64,000 bases of DNA from assembly GCA_002269645.1 (NCBI GenBank), contig NIVC01002716.1, forward strand, positions 13,450-77,449. The letters run 5' to 3'. The DNA comes from Macrostomum lignano (taxonomy: Eukaryota). The position numbers were made by a program, and so were the translations under genes. Shown one piece after another: positions 1-13,244 of the stretch. The stretch's first letter is position 1. Each line of letters begins with the position of its first letter. Under the pieces are notes generated by a model. That model was not told where the DNA came from. It ran no database searches and saw only the letters and a program-made list of their open reading frames with translations.

Positions 1-1419
1 CTGTTTTTCCTATACCTCGTTGTCGCGTGCATTATCCGCGTTCAATCTCATTGCGCCGTCGTACCTGTCAAACTCATCGAATCCAGTCTTTGTTCTTGTG
101 ACTCGCCTATTTCAAGGAGGGATGTTGTGCAGTCGTGCCCTTTTTCGCCCTCGTGCCCCGCCCCAACCCTGGAGGTAGTGGAGAGGGAGACAAAGGAGAA
201 GGAGAGGGTAGAGGAGTGGAGAGGGTAGAGGAGTGGAGAGGGAGACAAAGGAGACGCGGAGGTCACTGCCGAACCGGTTTAAATATCGGATAAGGCCAGA
301 ACTGGCCGCAGAAGCGACCCAATTATAAGATTAGGTCTACAGTATGTATCCAGCCCGTTGGGCATCAGAATACACAAGCCAGGTACGAATACAGGCAGTA
401 CTGATTCAATCTCCGATATGTGTCGATAATAATTTTATAAACTACGGAAAGCACAGCGAAGTGATAAGGAAAGCCCGAATGAGCAACATGATCTCAATGA
501 GCTCGATGAGATTGAAAGGAAGTCAATACAACAAAATAAACATTTTACATGTGCTCAGAATTTATTTTATATACTCGAATCGGTGGGTGCTCACGCTCAT
601 AGGAATATATATTTAAAATATTACTAAATAGATAACAGGGCACGCGAGTAGTATGCTACTAATGTGTAATATTATCGAATTTGTACTAATAAAAACGTGA
701 ATAAATATAGGATTACTAATGCTATACAAAGGGCTAACTTCAACACATGGCAGATGGAGTGTACTATAAAAGCACAACTGTGAGAGACTTATTTTTCAAA
801 GAGTTTTGATGCCAGGCAGCCACGAAGAATAAAGGGCAGTTCGATGCTGCCCGAATATCACAAGGTGAAGGAGACAGATCTTATAGATGGCAGAATTTGA
901 CAGCTCATTCTAGTGGGGAAAGTGGCATACTTTGGCAAGCCTAAATTAAATTACAATGACAAAACTTTCATCAACTGAAAACAGCTTTACTTCACTATCA
1001 ATTAACAGTGGTATCAGATATTCTTGCGTAAATCTGACTCAGAAAAACTTTAGAAACTTTCATGCCTACTTGCCTACCCGTTTATCAGTAGGCAGATGAG
1101 AAAATTTCGGAAGGGAGCATAAAAATGTACAGTAAATAAGAAAACACAAATCATAGTCTTGCACTGACCTGCAGTAATTGAAAAAGTTACGAGAGCAAAC
1201 AACGGCTAACGGGGAGGCTCGTGCGCATCGGGCGGTGAGCACCGATGACGTCATGGAGGGTGGGGGCGGGCGGGAAGCTTCAATGTTGTAACAATATGGA
1301 TATACATATAGACCGATTTCTGCGTTAGCTGATTCATACTATTGGAAACAAGTTGCGTTTTTATTCAGACGGCTCTGGAAAATAATAGGGAAATGGGAGC
1401 CTGCAGGAAACAGAGAAGA

Positions 1420-1670
1420 GGGAAATGAGGAGAGAGGAGCGAATAGAGGAGAATAGAGAGGAGAGGAGACGAGAGTAGAGGAGAGAAAAGAGGAGAGGAG
1501 AGAGGAGAGGAGAGAGGAGAGGAGAGGAGAGGAGAGAGGAGAGTAGAGGAGAGAAAAGAGGAGAGGGGAGAGGAGAGGAGAGAAAAGAGGAGAGGAGAGA
1601 GGAGAGGAGAGGAGACGAGAGTAGAGGAGAGAAAAGAGGAGAGGAGAGAGGAGAGGAGAGGAGAGGAGAG
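1420..1670 (+). repeat. Polypurine (GGAGA/GAGAG)n satellite with recurring GAGTAGAGGAGAGAAAAGAG variant
   Basis: Direct reading of the sequence; the same variant units recur at 10013-10400. Confidence 0.9.
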
Positions 1671-1683
1671 CCCCGACCGGAAA

Positions 1684-1910
1684 TCTAATATACTAAAAAT
1701 GAGTTGTCTGTATGTATGTATGTATATGGGTATGCGATTGATTTCAGAAAAAACGGCTCAACCGATTTTCTTCAAACTTGCATCATTCGATCAGAAATTT
1801 TCCTGGCACAGTACATGCATCTTGGCTAAGAAATTGCTCAATGTTAAAGGGATTAAATATTCGAAAAACACGCTTTTTTGCAAAGGTCAAGCCAAATTTT
1901 CGACTTGAAA
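1684..1910 (+). mobile_element. Possible non-autonomous Helitron-like 5' end
   Basis: A|TC start followed by TAATATACTAAAAATG, a (TGTA)n microsatellite and AAACGGCTCAACCGATTTT, the layout typical of invertebrate Helitron/DINE-like 5' ends; no CTAG 3' end located. Confidence 0.4.
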
Positions 1911-2299
1911 TGCATTGTAAGAATGCTAGAGAAAAAACTGACTGACTGAATTTCAATTCTGATAAAGATTGCATCACAACAAGTTGAAAACAGTGCCAAA
2001 GAAATGCACACACGACTTGATTGAAATTGCGTAACCATATTGCTAACTCGAAGTGAGACTGATACTGGCTGACTGAGAAATTGATTATGTCATAACTTTT
2101 TACTCCAATTGACTTGCTGTAAGAATTGAATTATAAGGGCCACAATTCATGTTCTCCAATTGAAAAGAGATAGTCTAGATGCGAACAGACTGGACTGCTA
2201 ATGTAGCGACCTGGGTTCGAATCTTAGAAGCGCAAAATAATTTTTTTATTAAAACACCTTAAAAACAAAAAAACTGCTAAACATAAAAAAAGCGCAATA

Positions 2300-5200
2300 G
2301 AAGAGCCACCATGTCAAACCTAAAGGAGCCACCATGTCGAACATTAAAGAACCACCATGTCGAACATAAAAGAGCCACCATATCGAACATAAAAGAGTTA
2401 CCATGTTAAAAATTAAAGAGCCACCATGTCGAACATTAAAGAGCCACCATGTCGAACATAGAAGAGCCACCATGTCAAACATTAAAGAGCCACCATTTCA
2501 AACCTAAAGGAGCCACCATGTCGAAAATTAAAGAGCCACCATGTCGAACATAAAAGAGCCACCATATCAAACATAAAAGAGTTACCATGTCAAACATTAA
2601 AGAGCCACCATGTCGAACATTAAAGAGCAACCATGTCGAACATTCAATAGCCACCATGTCAAACATTAAAGAGCCACATTGTCAAGCATTAAAGACCCAC
2701 CATTTCAAACCTAAAATAGTTACCATGTCAAACATTCAATAGCCACCATGTCAAACATTAAAGAGCCACCATGTCGAACATAAAAGAGCCACCATATTAA
2801 ACATAAAAGAGTTACCATGTCAAACATTAAAGAGCCACCATGTCGAACATTAAAGAGCCACCATGTCAAACATTAAAGAGCCACATTGTCAAGCATTAAA
2901 GACCCACCATTTCAAACCTAAAAGAGCCACCATGTCAAACATTAAAGAGCCACCATGTCGAACATTAAAGAGCCACCTTGTCAAATATTAAAGAGCCACC
3001 ATTTCAAACCTAAAGAAGCCACCATGTCGAACATACAAGAGCCACCATGTCGAACATAGAAAAGCCACCATGTCAAACATTAAAGAGTCACCGTTTCAAA
3101 CCTAAAAGAGCCACCATGTTAAAAATTAAAGAGCCACCATGTCAAACATAAAACAGACACCATTAAGAACATTAAAGAGCCACCATGTCAAACCTAAAAC
3201 AGCCACCATTTCGAAAATTAAGGAGCCACCATTTCGAAAATTTAAGAGCCGCTATGTTAAACATTAAAGGGCCACCTTGTCAAATATTAAAGAGCCACCA
3301 TTTCAAACCTAAAAGAGCGACCCTGTCGAACATACAAGAGCCACCATGTCGAACATAAAAGAGCCACCATGTCGAACATACAAGAGCCACCATGTCGAAC
3401 ATAGAAAAGCCACCATGTCGAACATAAAAGAGTCACCATGTTAAAAATTAAAGAGCCACCATGTCGAACATTAAAGAGCCACCATTTCAAACATTAAAGA
3501 GCCACCATGTCAAACATTAAAGAGCCACCGGTTCAAACCTAAAAGAGCCACCATGTCGAACATTAAAGAGCCACCATGTCAAACATAAAACAGACACCAT
3601 GTCAAACATTAAAGAGCCACCATGTCAAACATTAAAGAGCCACCGGTTCAAACCTAAAAGAGCCACCATGTCGAACATTAAAAAGCCACCATGTCAAACA
3701 TTAAAGAGCCACATTGTCAAACATTAAAAAGCCACCATTTCAAACCTAAAAGAGCCACCATGTCAAACATTAAAGAGCCACCATGTCAAACATTAAAGAG
3801 CCACCTTGTCAAATATTAAAGAGCCACCATTTCAAACCTAAAGAAGCCACCATGTCGAACATACAAGAGCCACCATGTCGAACATAAAAGAGCCACCATA
3901 TCAAACATAAAAGAGTTACCATGTCAAACATTAAAGAGCCACCATGTCAAACATTAAAGAGCCACCATGTCGAACATAAAAGAGCCACCATATCAAACAT
4001 AAAAGAGTTACCATGTCAAACATTAAAGAGCCACCATGTCGAACATTAAAGAGCCACCATGTCAAACATTAAAGAGCCACATTGTCAAGCATTAAAGACC
4101 CACCATTTCAAACCTAAAAGAGCCACCATGTCGAACATTAAAGAGCCACCTTGTCAAATATTAAAGAGCCACCATTTCAAACCTAAAGAAGCCACCATGT
4201 CGAACATACAAGAGCCACCATGTCGAACATAAAAGAGCCACCATATCAAACATAAAAGAGTTACCATGTTAAAAATTAAAGAGCCACCATGTCGAACATA
4301 AAAGAGCAACCATGTCAAACATAAAACAGACACCATTAAGAACATTAAAGAGCCACCATGTCGAACATTAAAGAGCCACCATGTCAAATATAAAACAGCC
4401 ACCATTTCGAAAATTTAAGAGCCGCCATGTTAAACATTAAAGGGCCACCTTGTCAAATATTAAAGAGCCACCATTTCAAACCTAAAAGAGCCACCATGTC
4501 GAACATTAAAAAGCCACCATGTCAAACATTAAAGAGCCACATTGTCAAACATTAAAAAGCCACCATTTCAAACCTAAAAGAGCCACCATGTCAAACATTA
4601 AAGAGCCACCATGTCAAACATTAAAGAGCCACCTTGTCAAATATTAAAGAGCCACCATTTCAAACCTAAAGAAGCCACCATGTCGAACATACAAGAGCCA
4701 CCATGTCGAACATAAAAGAGCCACCATATCAAACATAAAAGAGTTACCATGTCAAACATTAAAGAGCCACCATGTCAAACATTAAAGAGCCACCATGTCG
4801 AACATAAAAGAGCCACCATATCAAACATAAAAGAGTTACCATGTCAAACATTAAAGAGCCACCATGTCGAACATTAAAGAGCCACCATGTCAAACATTAA
4901 AGAGCCACATTGTCAAGCATTAAAGACCCACCATTTCAAACCTAAAAGAGCCACCATGTCGAACATTAAAGAGCCACCTTGTCAAATATTAAAGAGCCAC
5001 CATTTCAAACCTAAAGAAGCCACCATGTCGAACATACAAGAGCCACCATGTCGAACATAAAAGAGCCACCATATCAAACATAAAAGAGTTACCATGTTAA
5101 AAATTAAAGAGCCACCATGTCGAACATAAAAGAGCAACCATGTCAAACATAAAACAGACACCATTAAGAACATTAAAGAGCCACCATGTCGAACATTAAA

Positions 5201-6716
5201 GAGCCACCATGTCAAATATAAAACAGCCACCATTTCGAAAATTTAAGAGCCGCCATGTTAAACATTAAAGGGCCACCTTGTCAAATATTAAAGAGCCACC
5301 ATTTCAAACCTAAAAGAGCGACCCTGTCGAACATACAAGAGCCACAATGTCGAACATAAAAGAGCAGCTATGTAGAACATAAAAGAGCCACCATGTCAAA
5401 CATAAAAAAGCCACCATGTCAAACATAAAAGAGCCAACATGAAGAACATTAAAGAGCCACCATGTCGACCATTAAAAGAGCCACCATGTCGAACATACAA
5501 GAGCCACCATGTCGAACATAGAAAAGCCACCATGTCGAACATAGAAAAGCCACCATGTTAAACATTAAAGAGCCAATATTTCAAACCTTAAGGAGCCACC
5601 ATGTCGAACATAAAAGAGTCACCATGTTAAAAATTAAAGAGCCACCATGTCGAACATTAAAGAGCCACCATGTCGAACATTAAAGAGCCACCATGTCAAA
5701 CATAAAACAGACACCATGTCAAACATTAAAGAGCCACCGGTTCAAACCTAAAAGAGCCACCATGTCGAACATTAAAGAGCCACCTTGTCAAATATTAAAG
5801 AGCCACCATTTCAAACCTAAAGGAGCCACCATGTCGAACATTAAAAAGCCACCATGTCGAACATTAAAAAGCCAACATGTCAAACATTAAAGAGCCACCA
5901 TGTCGAACATTAAAGAGCCACCTTGTCAAATATTAAAGAGCCACCATTTCAAACCTAAAGAAGCCACCATGTCGAACATACAAGAGCCACCATGTCGAAC
6001 ATAGAAAAGCCACCATGTCAAACATTAAAGAGTCACCATGTCAAACATTAAAGAGCCACCGTTTCAAACCTAAAAGAGCCACCATGTTAAAAATTAAAGA
6101 GCCACCATGTCAAATATAAAACAGCCACCATTTCGAAAATTAAGGAGCCACCATATCAAACATAAAAGAGTTACCATGTCAAACATTAAAGAGCCACCAT
6201 GTCGAACATTAAAGAGCCACCATATCAAACATAAAACAGACACCATGTCAAACATTAAAGAGCCACCATGTCGAACATTAAAGAGCCACCATGTCAAACA
6301 TAAAACAGCCACCATTTCGAAAATTAAGGAGCCACCATTTCGAAAATTAAAGAGCCGCCATGTTAACCATTAAAGGGCCACCATGTCAAACATTAAAGAG
6401 CCACCATGTCGAACATAAAAGAGCCACCATGTCGAACATTAAAGAGCCACCATGTCAAACATTAAAGAGCCACCGGTTCAAACCTAAAAGAGCCACCATG
6501 TCGAACATTAAAAAGCCACCGTGTCGAACATAAAAAAGTCAACATGTCAAACATAAAAGAGCCACCATGTCAAACCTAAAAAAGCCACCATGTCAAACAT
6601 AGAAGAGCCACCATGTCGAACATAAAAGAGCCACTATGTCAAACATAAAAGAGCCACCATGTCAAACATAGAAGAGCCACTATGTCAAACATAAAAGAGC
6701 CACCATGTCAAACATT
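2300..6716 (+). repeat. 23-bp tandem satellite (consensus AAAGAGCCACCATGTCRAACATT), roughly 190 units, with an 828-bp higher-order duplication
   Basis: 23-aa periodicity in the ORF track; identical ORFs at 4154-4405 and 4982-5233 are offset by 828 bp (36 x 23). Confidence 0.97.
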
Positions 6717-6827
6717 CAAGATATCCAATTTCAAATGTAAAGGTATAAAGCGCCATGCCAATTTAAAGGAGCCACTATAAAGCTAAGGAAATTGTCGCTC
6801 TAGCTACTTATTGTCTGGTGGATGGTT

Positions 6828-7400
6828 GCTATTTGGGGATGCTATCTATCTTGGGGATGCTTGCTATTTGGAGGATGCTTGCTATTTGGAGGATGCTTGC
6901 TTTCTGGGGGATGCTTGCTATCTGGGGAATGCTTGCTATCTGGGGAATGCTTGCTATCTGGGGGATGCTTGCTATCTGGGGAATGCTTGCTATCTGGGGG
7001 ATGCTTGCTATCTGGTGGATGCTTGCTATCTGAGGGATGCTTGCTATCTGAGTGATGCTTGCTATCTGGGGGATGCTTGCTATCTGGGGTATGCTTGCTA
7101 TCTGAGGGATGCTTGCTATCTTGGGGTATGCTTGCTATCTGAGGGATGCTTGCTATCTTGGGGATGCTTGCTATCTGGGGGATGCTTGCTATCTGCGGAA
7201 TGCTTGCTATCTGGGGAATGCTTGCTATCTGGGGGATGTTTGCTATCTGGGGGATGCTTGCTATCTGGGGATGCTTGCTATCTGGGGGATGCTTGCTATC
7301 TGGAGGATGCTTGCTATCTTGGGGATGCTTGCTATCTGGGAAATGCTTGCTATCTGGGAAAATGCTTGCTATCTGGAGGATGCTTGCTATCTGGGGGATG
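6828..7400 (+). repeat. 18-bp minisatellite (GGGGGATGCTTGCTATCT)n
   Basis: Direct tandem repeat; produces the DACYLG-type repeat ORFs. Confidence 0.95.
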
Positions 7401-7644
7401 CTTGTGGTCTTGGGAAGATTTCTTATTGCAATTCACTTCATTTGAGCAGTTTGTCTGTTGTCTTTGTGAAGGATTTTTTGGCTGTCTTTTTGTTAATTGT
7501 AGAGAACAGAGATTCTATCCAGATGTCCCCCATCGGGGGGCGAAGATTGCTAGTAATTGTTCTTTAAATGCGTCAAATAGCACATAAAAAATGAATTGGG
7601 GGGAATCCCAAAATAACTGTCGAAACGACACGAAATTTGTGAGA

Positions 7645-7890
7645 ATCGACAATTGGTGGCACAGCTTGGCACAAATATAACTGTGCCAAGCTGTGCCAAT
7701 TGGCACATGTGACACATTTAAGAATCAAATTTTTAATTGTGCACTGCTGTGCCACAACTGTGCCAGTTGTCTCAGCTATTTTTGAATGCTTATAATTGTG
7801 CACAACTGTGCCATAAATGTACCATTTGGCACCATACGAGTAAATGTGCAGCTAGAAGCAGTTAAACTAGCGCGTACTGTGCCATTTGGC
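7645..7890. repeat. Cluster of TGTGCCA/TGGCACA motifs in both orientations
   Basis: Many copies of CTGTGCCAA and TTGGCACA; a similar cluster lies at 9540-9980. Confidence 0.6.
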
Positions 7891-9539
7891 GTAAATTCGC
7901 CAGACGAGTGAATTTGCAGTTTAAAGCAGTTGAACTAAGCGCATAATATGCTATCTGATGCTGTTATAGTTGACCCGTTAGTCAACTACGAGTTATGAAG
8001 TGTATGTATGAAGTAGCTAACATTTTGCGAGAAGTCCTTCTCATGTTTAAATGAGGGAAGACAAATTGAAAAGAGTTGTCAATGTAAATTAAACTTTAAA
8101 ATAATGTCGAGCGCGAACATAAACAGATTAAAACAGTTGGAAAAAGGGATGTTGCATAAATACTTATATATTTAATGGGAAGTAGCAAATAGGACAAAAA
8201 CATGTATAAAACAGGAAAAAGGGGAGGCTGCGGAATTAAAAAATGCATACTAGAAGTTAACGGAAAGAAACATAACAGACAGCGGACATTGGACAGGAAA
8301 CAAAAAACAACGTAATTAAAAAGCGCGGTGCATGAAAATTGTGGTGCCACGTGCCAGCCAAAGAGTTTACACTTCTAATACATTTGAAACCAAAACATGC
8401 AATGTAACAAATTAACTACTGAGTCGACTACACGTGGCACAGGATTTTAATGTAACAACATGTATGCATCTAATGTATTAATTTAAAAAGCACAAACAAA
8501 CAACTAGATAAAAAACAAGCAATTAGTGAAACCAACTCCAATACCTCTGTTCCCCTATACTTTTCTAGTTAGACAACAAGTCTGATTCCTGGTGCTATTG
8601 TAATTTACGAGTCTGGAACTAACTATAGTAATGTAGTTGGTTACTTTATGTGGGAAAGAGCATATTTCCAGGGGAAAACAAAACCAGAAACATGAGGGAG
8701 ACAGACCAAGCTAGACGGGTCCCGCATCTGCCAAACAAGTTTAGTTTTGCTAGATGCAACAGCAGATATCCCGCGCTCAGTCCTCGCGAGTGCATTAGCC
8801 GCCTCCGACTGCACAGTGTCAGTGACATTGGCAGCCGCACCTTGACGAAGTTTCTTTACAGGCAAACGTCCGGATTGCTTTTCACGCCGACTGACGGTGA
8901 TGGAGCATCGGACGTAGGCCTTTTCAATCGCTTTCATTGGTTGGGATGTCGATTCCAGCCAGGTAGCAGGCGTGGCCGACCAGGCCGTTACCAAAATCTC
9001 GTCGTCGCTGAAGCACCCCTGCACCATCTCGCGGAGAAGTGCATTGAGGTTGGCCGGAGTCGTTGGTTCTTGATATATCCTTACTGGCCGTGACCCTGGT
9101 CCGAGCGACGTTGGACGTAAAGGCGAAACCGATTGGCTGCAGAGGTGTTTTTTAAGGATTGAAGAGCGTTTGAGAGTAACAATAGGATATTTGCGCGATC
9201 ATAAATGAAGGACTATTAATTTCTTACCGTAGTATAATTTCTTTCCATTGTCGTCGACCAGCAGGTTGTCAACTGTGACGGCTGGGTCCACGAGCTGATC
9301 TAGATGGACGGCGAGATGCTGCGTGATCTGCTGCTTTAGTTCTTTTGTAATGGCGTCAATCAAACGCAGTTGCGCCATTTTCGAGCGTCTGAGCAGATCA
9401 TGCCGCAAGTTGGGAGTGAAAACCTGCCGGTCATCTGCCAAAATCGAAGCTACTGACGTCGCAGCCTCAGTGCAAGTTGCACCGGGTGTGCGTCAAACAG
9501 TTTTGTTAGGTAATTAGCAATAAAAAAGGTTATTTGAGC

Positions 9540-9980
9540 CAAGTGTGCCAAGAAGGACAAAGACATATAACTGTGCCAAATGTCATAGCTGTGGCACAAC
9601 TGGTACACTTGTAGTAAGTGCGCCAAGTGTGCCAAATGGTTTCCAAGGGGAATTAGCTATAAAAAGGTTATTTGTGCCCGGTGTGCCAAATAGAACATAC
9701 AAAGACATTTATAACTGTGCTAAATGGTATAGCTGTAGCACAACTGGCACAATTGTAGCAAGTGTGCCAAGTGTGCCAATTGGTTTCATTGGCCAATTAG
9801 CAGTAAAAATACTATTTGTGTCAAGTGTGCCAAATAGGACATACATCGACATTTACAAACTGTGCCAAATGGCATAGCTACGGCACAATTGGTACAATTG
9901 TATCAAGTGTGCCAAATATGACATACAAAGACATTTATAACTCTGTCAAAGGGCATATTTGTGGCACAACTGGCACACTT
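9540..9980. repeat. Degenerate repeat rich in GTGTGCCAAA/TGGCACAA
   Basis: Repeated blocks ACAAAGACATWTATAACTGTG...GTGGCACAACTGG...AAGTGTGCCAA. Confidence 0.7.
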
Positions 9981-10012
9981 ACTGTTTTTGAAAGGACAAA
10001 TATTTTCGGTCG

Positions 10013-10400
10013 GGAGCAGAGAGGAGAGTATAGGAGAGCAGAGAGGAGAGGAGACGTGAGTAGAGGAGTGAAAAGAGGAGAGGAGAGTAGAGGAGAGAAA
10101 AGAGGAGAGGAGAGGTGAGGGAGAGGAGAGCAGAGAGGAGAGTATAGGAGAGCAGAGAGGAGAGGAGACGAGAGTAGAGGAGTGAAAAGAGGAGAGGAGA
10201 GAGGAGAGGAGAGAGGAGAGGAGAGGAGACGAGAGTAGAGGAGAGAAAAGAGGAGAGGAGAGAGGAGAGGAGAGGAGAGGAGAGCAGAGAGGAGAGTATA
10301 GGAGAGCAGAGAGGAGAGGAGACGAGAGTAGAGGAGTGAAAAGAGGAGAGGAGAGTAGAGGAGAGAAAAGAGGAGAGGAGAGGTGAGGGAGAGGAGAGAA
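10013..10400 (+). repeat. Polypurine (GGAGA)n satellite related to 1420-1670
   Basis: Shared GAGACGAGAGTAGAGGAGWGAAAAGAGGAG units. Confidence 0.9.
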
Positions 10401-11065
10401 GGCTAAGAGCAGGATGGACGGGAACTTGAATCCGGATGGACGAGTTCGGGTTCCAATGGTGCCTCCAACACGGTTCGGTATTCCCAAATTTGACTTGCAT
10501 CGCTCAATGAACAAGACATACATTTAAGATGATGGAGCAGACTATGCATAACAAAGTTGCTTGCAAGGTTATAACAAATTGAAATGATGTCACAATTTTG
10601 GCGGGCGACAACGGTAACTTAACAAAAGGTCACTCCGAGACACGGCTGGGTGTGTGGCAGATATCTATAGACACATGCAAACGCGCTACTTATTACTGGC
10701 AAGCGCCAGTTGAAAAGTAGTGCGCGCGGATATTAGTTGATAAAAAATAATTGTTACAAGTGAATAAATTACACGTCTTCAAGTTGAATCTTCGCAAGCG
10801 GATAAGCCGGACATCAAGCCAGGGGGCAAAGGGGGTGGGAAATGGAGGAGCCACTAAAGAAGAAAGTCGCGATTTTTTAGCAAGATAGTGATTAGTGAAG
10901 CTGCAAATTTAGCTCGAATGCTTTGTCTCTTTGAATTCATTTTCTGAACTGGAAAACTTCAATAGAGAATTGATTTATTTCATGTTTGCATTATTCGAAT
11001 TATAACAAATACTAAATCCTTGTTGAAGCTCCGCTACCTAGCCAGAACTCAACCCGTACTCAAGC

Positions 11066-11190
11066 GAGGGTGAGATAGGGTGGAGACAGGGGTAAAGATA
11101 ATGTGAGACAGGGGTAAGATAGGGTGAGACAGGGGTAAGATAGGGGTAAGATAGGGGTGAGACAGGGGTAAGATAGGGTGAGACAGGGTG
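11066..11190 (+). repeat. About 21-bp minisatellite (GAGACAGGGGTAAGATAGGGT)n
   Basis: Direct tandem repeat just downstream of the GRB2 stop. Confidence 0.85.
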
Positions 11191-11280
11191 GGACAGTCAA
11201 GTAGATCCAATGAGTCAGCACAGCAGTTGATCACACAGTCAAAGCAGTTCCAGTCTGCACCCCAAGCAGCACGCGCTCGC

Positions 11281-12489
11281 CTAGCTGTAGGGCTGCACAT
11301 AGTTGTAGGGGAACACGCCGCGCCGCCCGTCCTCAGTCTCGCCCAGCCACCAACTCTCATCCTCCTTGCCCAGTACAGTGATGACGTCATTCTGACGGAA
11401 CCGCAGCTCGTCCGGATCCTGCGGATTGAAGTCGAACAGGGCCACCACCCGCTGCTGGCTGGGCAAGGCGGTGGTCTGGGGTCCGGCCGGGGCGGCCCTG
11501 TTCTGGGCAGGGCCTGAGGGCACCGCTATCGGGTCCACCATGTCGCGCAGCAGCATGTGGCTGTTAGTCTGGCTGATGGAGTTCAGCCTGTGGTATTGGA
11601 TCATCTGGTTGATGCTGTCGAACTTTGTAAACCACAGGTAGTACTTGCCGGCCTCGTCTTTTAGCACCTGCGCACGTGGATTGTTTGCGAGGTTAGCGTT
11701 GCACTGTACATCGGCCCCGCTTCGCAGGGGTACAGGGACAAGCTGCGCCAACCCCACTCCGCTGGGGTACAGGGACAAGCTGCGCCAACCCCACTCCACA
11801 GGGGTACAGGGACAAGCTGCGCCAACCCCACTCCACAGGGGTACAGGGACAAGCTGCGCCAACCCCACTCCACAGGGGTACAGGGACAAGCTGCCGCTGC
11901 GCCAACCCCACTCCGCTGGGGTACAGGGACAAGCTGCGCCAACCCCACTCCGCTGGGGTACAGGGACAAGCTGCGCCAACCCCACTCCGCTGGGGTACAG
12001 GGACAAGCTGCGCCAACCCCACTCCGCAGGTTGCAGGGACAAGCTGTGCCAACCCCACTCCGCTGGGGTACAGGGACAAGCTGCGCTAACCCCACTCCGC
12101 TGGGGTACAGGGACAAGCTGTACCTGCACCAAACAACCAACCTTGAAGTGCTGCAGCTGGTTGCCGAATTTGACGCTGATGCTGAAGTCCGGAGCCGTGG
12201 TCTCACTGGTGCGCACCAGGAACGCTCCGTCAGGCTGTATCAGGGTGCCCCGGGCGTCCCGCTTAAGCAGGAGCTCCTCAGCGTGGCTTCTAGTGCAGTT
12301 CGGCACGTACCACGAGTGGTCAGCCATGCGAACGTAGTTGCTGGGCACGAGGCCCGACTGGCCATTCAGCTCGGCCAGGTACCAGCCCGGATCAACGTCC
12401 ATGCTGAGCACCTTAAGCAGCTGATTTTTGCTAAATCTCAATTCGTCACTGTTCGACGGAGTAAAGTCGTGCAGTGCAACGGCTTCCAT
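11281..12489 (-). CDS. GRB2: GRB2/Drk/Sem-5 adaptor (SH3-SH2-SH3), 2 exons (12489-12142, 11667-11281), 244 aa
   Basis: MEAVALHDF..ELRF..WYLAELNGQSGLVPSNY (SH3); WY...GAFLVRTSE...FSISVKFGNQLQHFK|VLKDEAGKYYLW (SH2); VVALFDFNPQDPDELRF..WW.G...GVFPYNYV (SH3). Donor AAG|GTTGGT and acceptor GCGCAG|GTG join in frame. Confidence 0.95.
   Translation of the reverse strand: MEAVALHDFTPSNSDELRFSKNQLLKVLSMDVDPGWYLAELNGQSGLVPSNYVRMADHSWYVPNCTRSHAEELLLKRDARGTLIQPDGAFLVRTSETTAPDFSISVKFGNQLQHFKVGCLVQVQLVPVPQRSGVSAACPCTPAEWGWHSLSLQPAEWGWRSLSLYPSGVGLAQLVPVPQRSGVGAACPCTPAEWGWRSGSLSLYPCGVGLAQLVPVPLWSGVGAACPCTPVEWGWRSLSLYPSGVGLAQLVPVPLRSGADVQCNANLANNPRAQVLKDEAGKYYLWFTKFDSINQMIQYHRLNSISQTNSHMLLRDMVDPIAVPSGPAQNRAAPAGPQTTALPSQQRVVALFDFNPQDPDELRFRQNDVITVLGKEDESWWLGETEDGRRGVFPYNYVQPYS
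11725..12122 (+). repeat. 37-bp minisatellite inside the GRB2 intron
   Basis: Unit GGGTACAGGGACAAGCTGCGCCAACCCCACTCCGCTG, about 10 copies. Confidence 0.95.
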
Positions 12490-12679
12490 TGCTCGAGTAT
12501 TGTTTTCAGTCTTTCTTCATGCAAGCAACATGGTTAGGATTTGTACTGCTGCAGAGAACACTAAGATCAATGGTGTAAGGCGAATTTCTGTTGCAAACTT
12601 CTAATTGCTAATGGCAACAGTTGGTTGGTAAGAACAATAGTCTAGTTAGTAATGCAACTGCTAAGAACGGTTTGGTTGC

Positions 12680-12830
12680 TAATGTCACTGGCCTAGTTGG
12701 TATGTCACTAGCCTAGTTGCTAATGTCACTGGCCTAGTTGCTAATGTCACTGGCCTAGTTGCAATTGTCACTGGCCTAGTTGCTAATGTCACTGGCCTAG
12801 TTGCTAATGTCACTGGCCTAGTTGCTAATG
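12680..12830 (+). repeat. 21-bp tandem (TCACTGGCCTAGTTGCTAATG)n upstream of GRB2
   Basis: About 7 direct copies. Confidence 0.9.
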
Positions 12831-13244
12831 AAAGCTGTTGGTTGCTAAGGCTTGGCCTAATTATATTCTAAGGCTGGGTTGAATTCAAGAAATGAACCAG
12901 GCTGGCAAGGGCGTCAGCGCAGAGTTGCAAACAAACAGTTATACGCAGTTTTATTTAGGCCGTTGGTGCTCCGACTCCGAAGTTAATGTAATTAAGAAGC
13001 GGCGAGTTTCACTTGGTTACTACTTGTCAGCGTAAATGCAGCAATAAAGGGAGCCCGAGCCCCCCCCCCGTCTGACACGCATTTTGAGCCTGACTCCTCA
13101 GCTGCAGATAGCAACAATAACAAACTATACTCGATGTCCATAAAGAGCGTTGCGTATCCTTAAGAACACTCGGTCACCATGCCTACACTGAGCATTGAGT
13201 GTTCTTTGTTATCTATTTGTAATCCTGCTCATAAAGAGCATTAA

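Noticed and set aside
2190-2228. tRNA/SINE head (GGGTTCGAATC)
   Set aside because: Only a B-box-like fragment; too short to call
2249-7587. ORFs in the 23-bp and 18-bp arrays
   Set aside because: Periodic translations of satellites; no unique coding content
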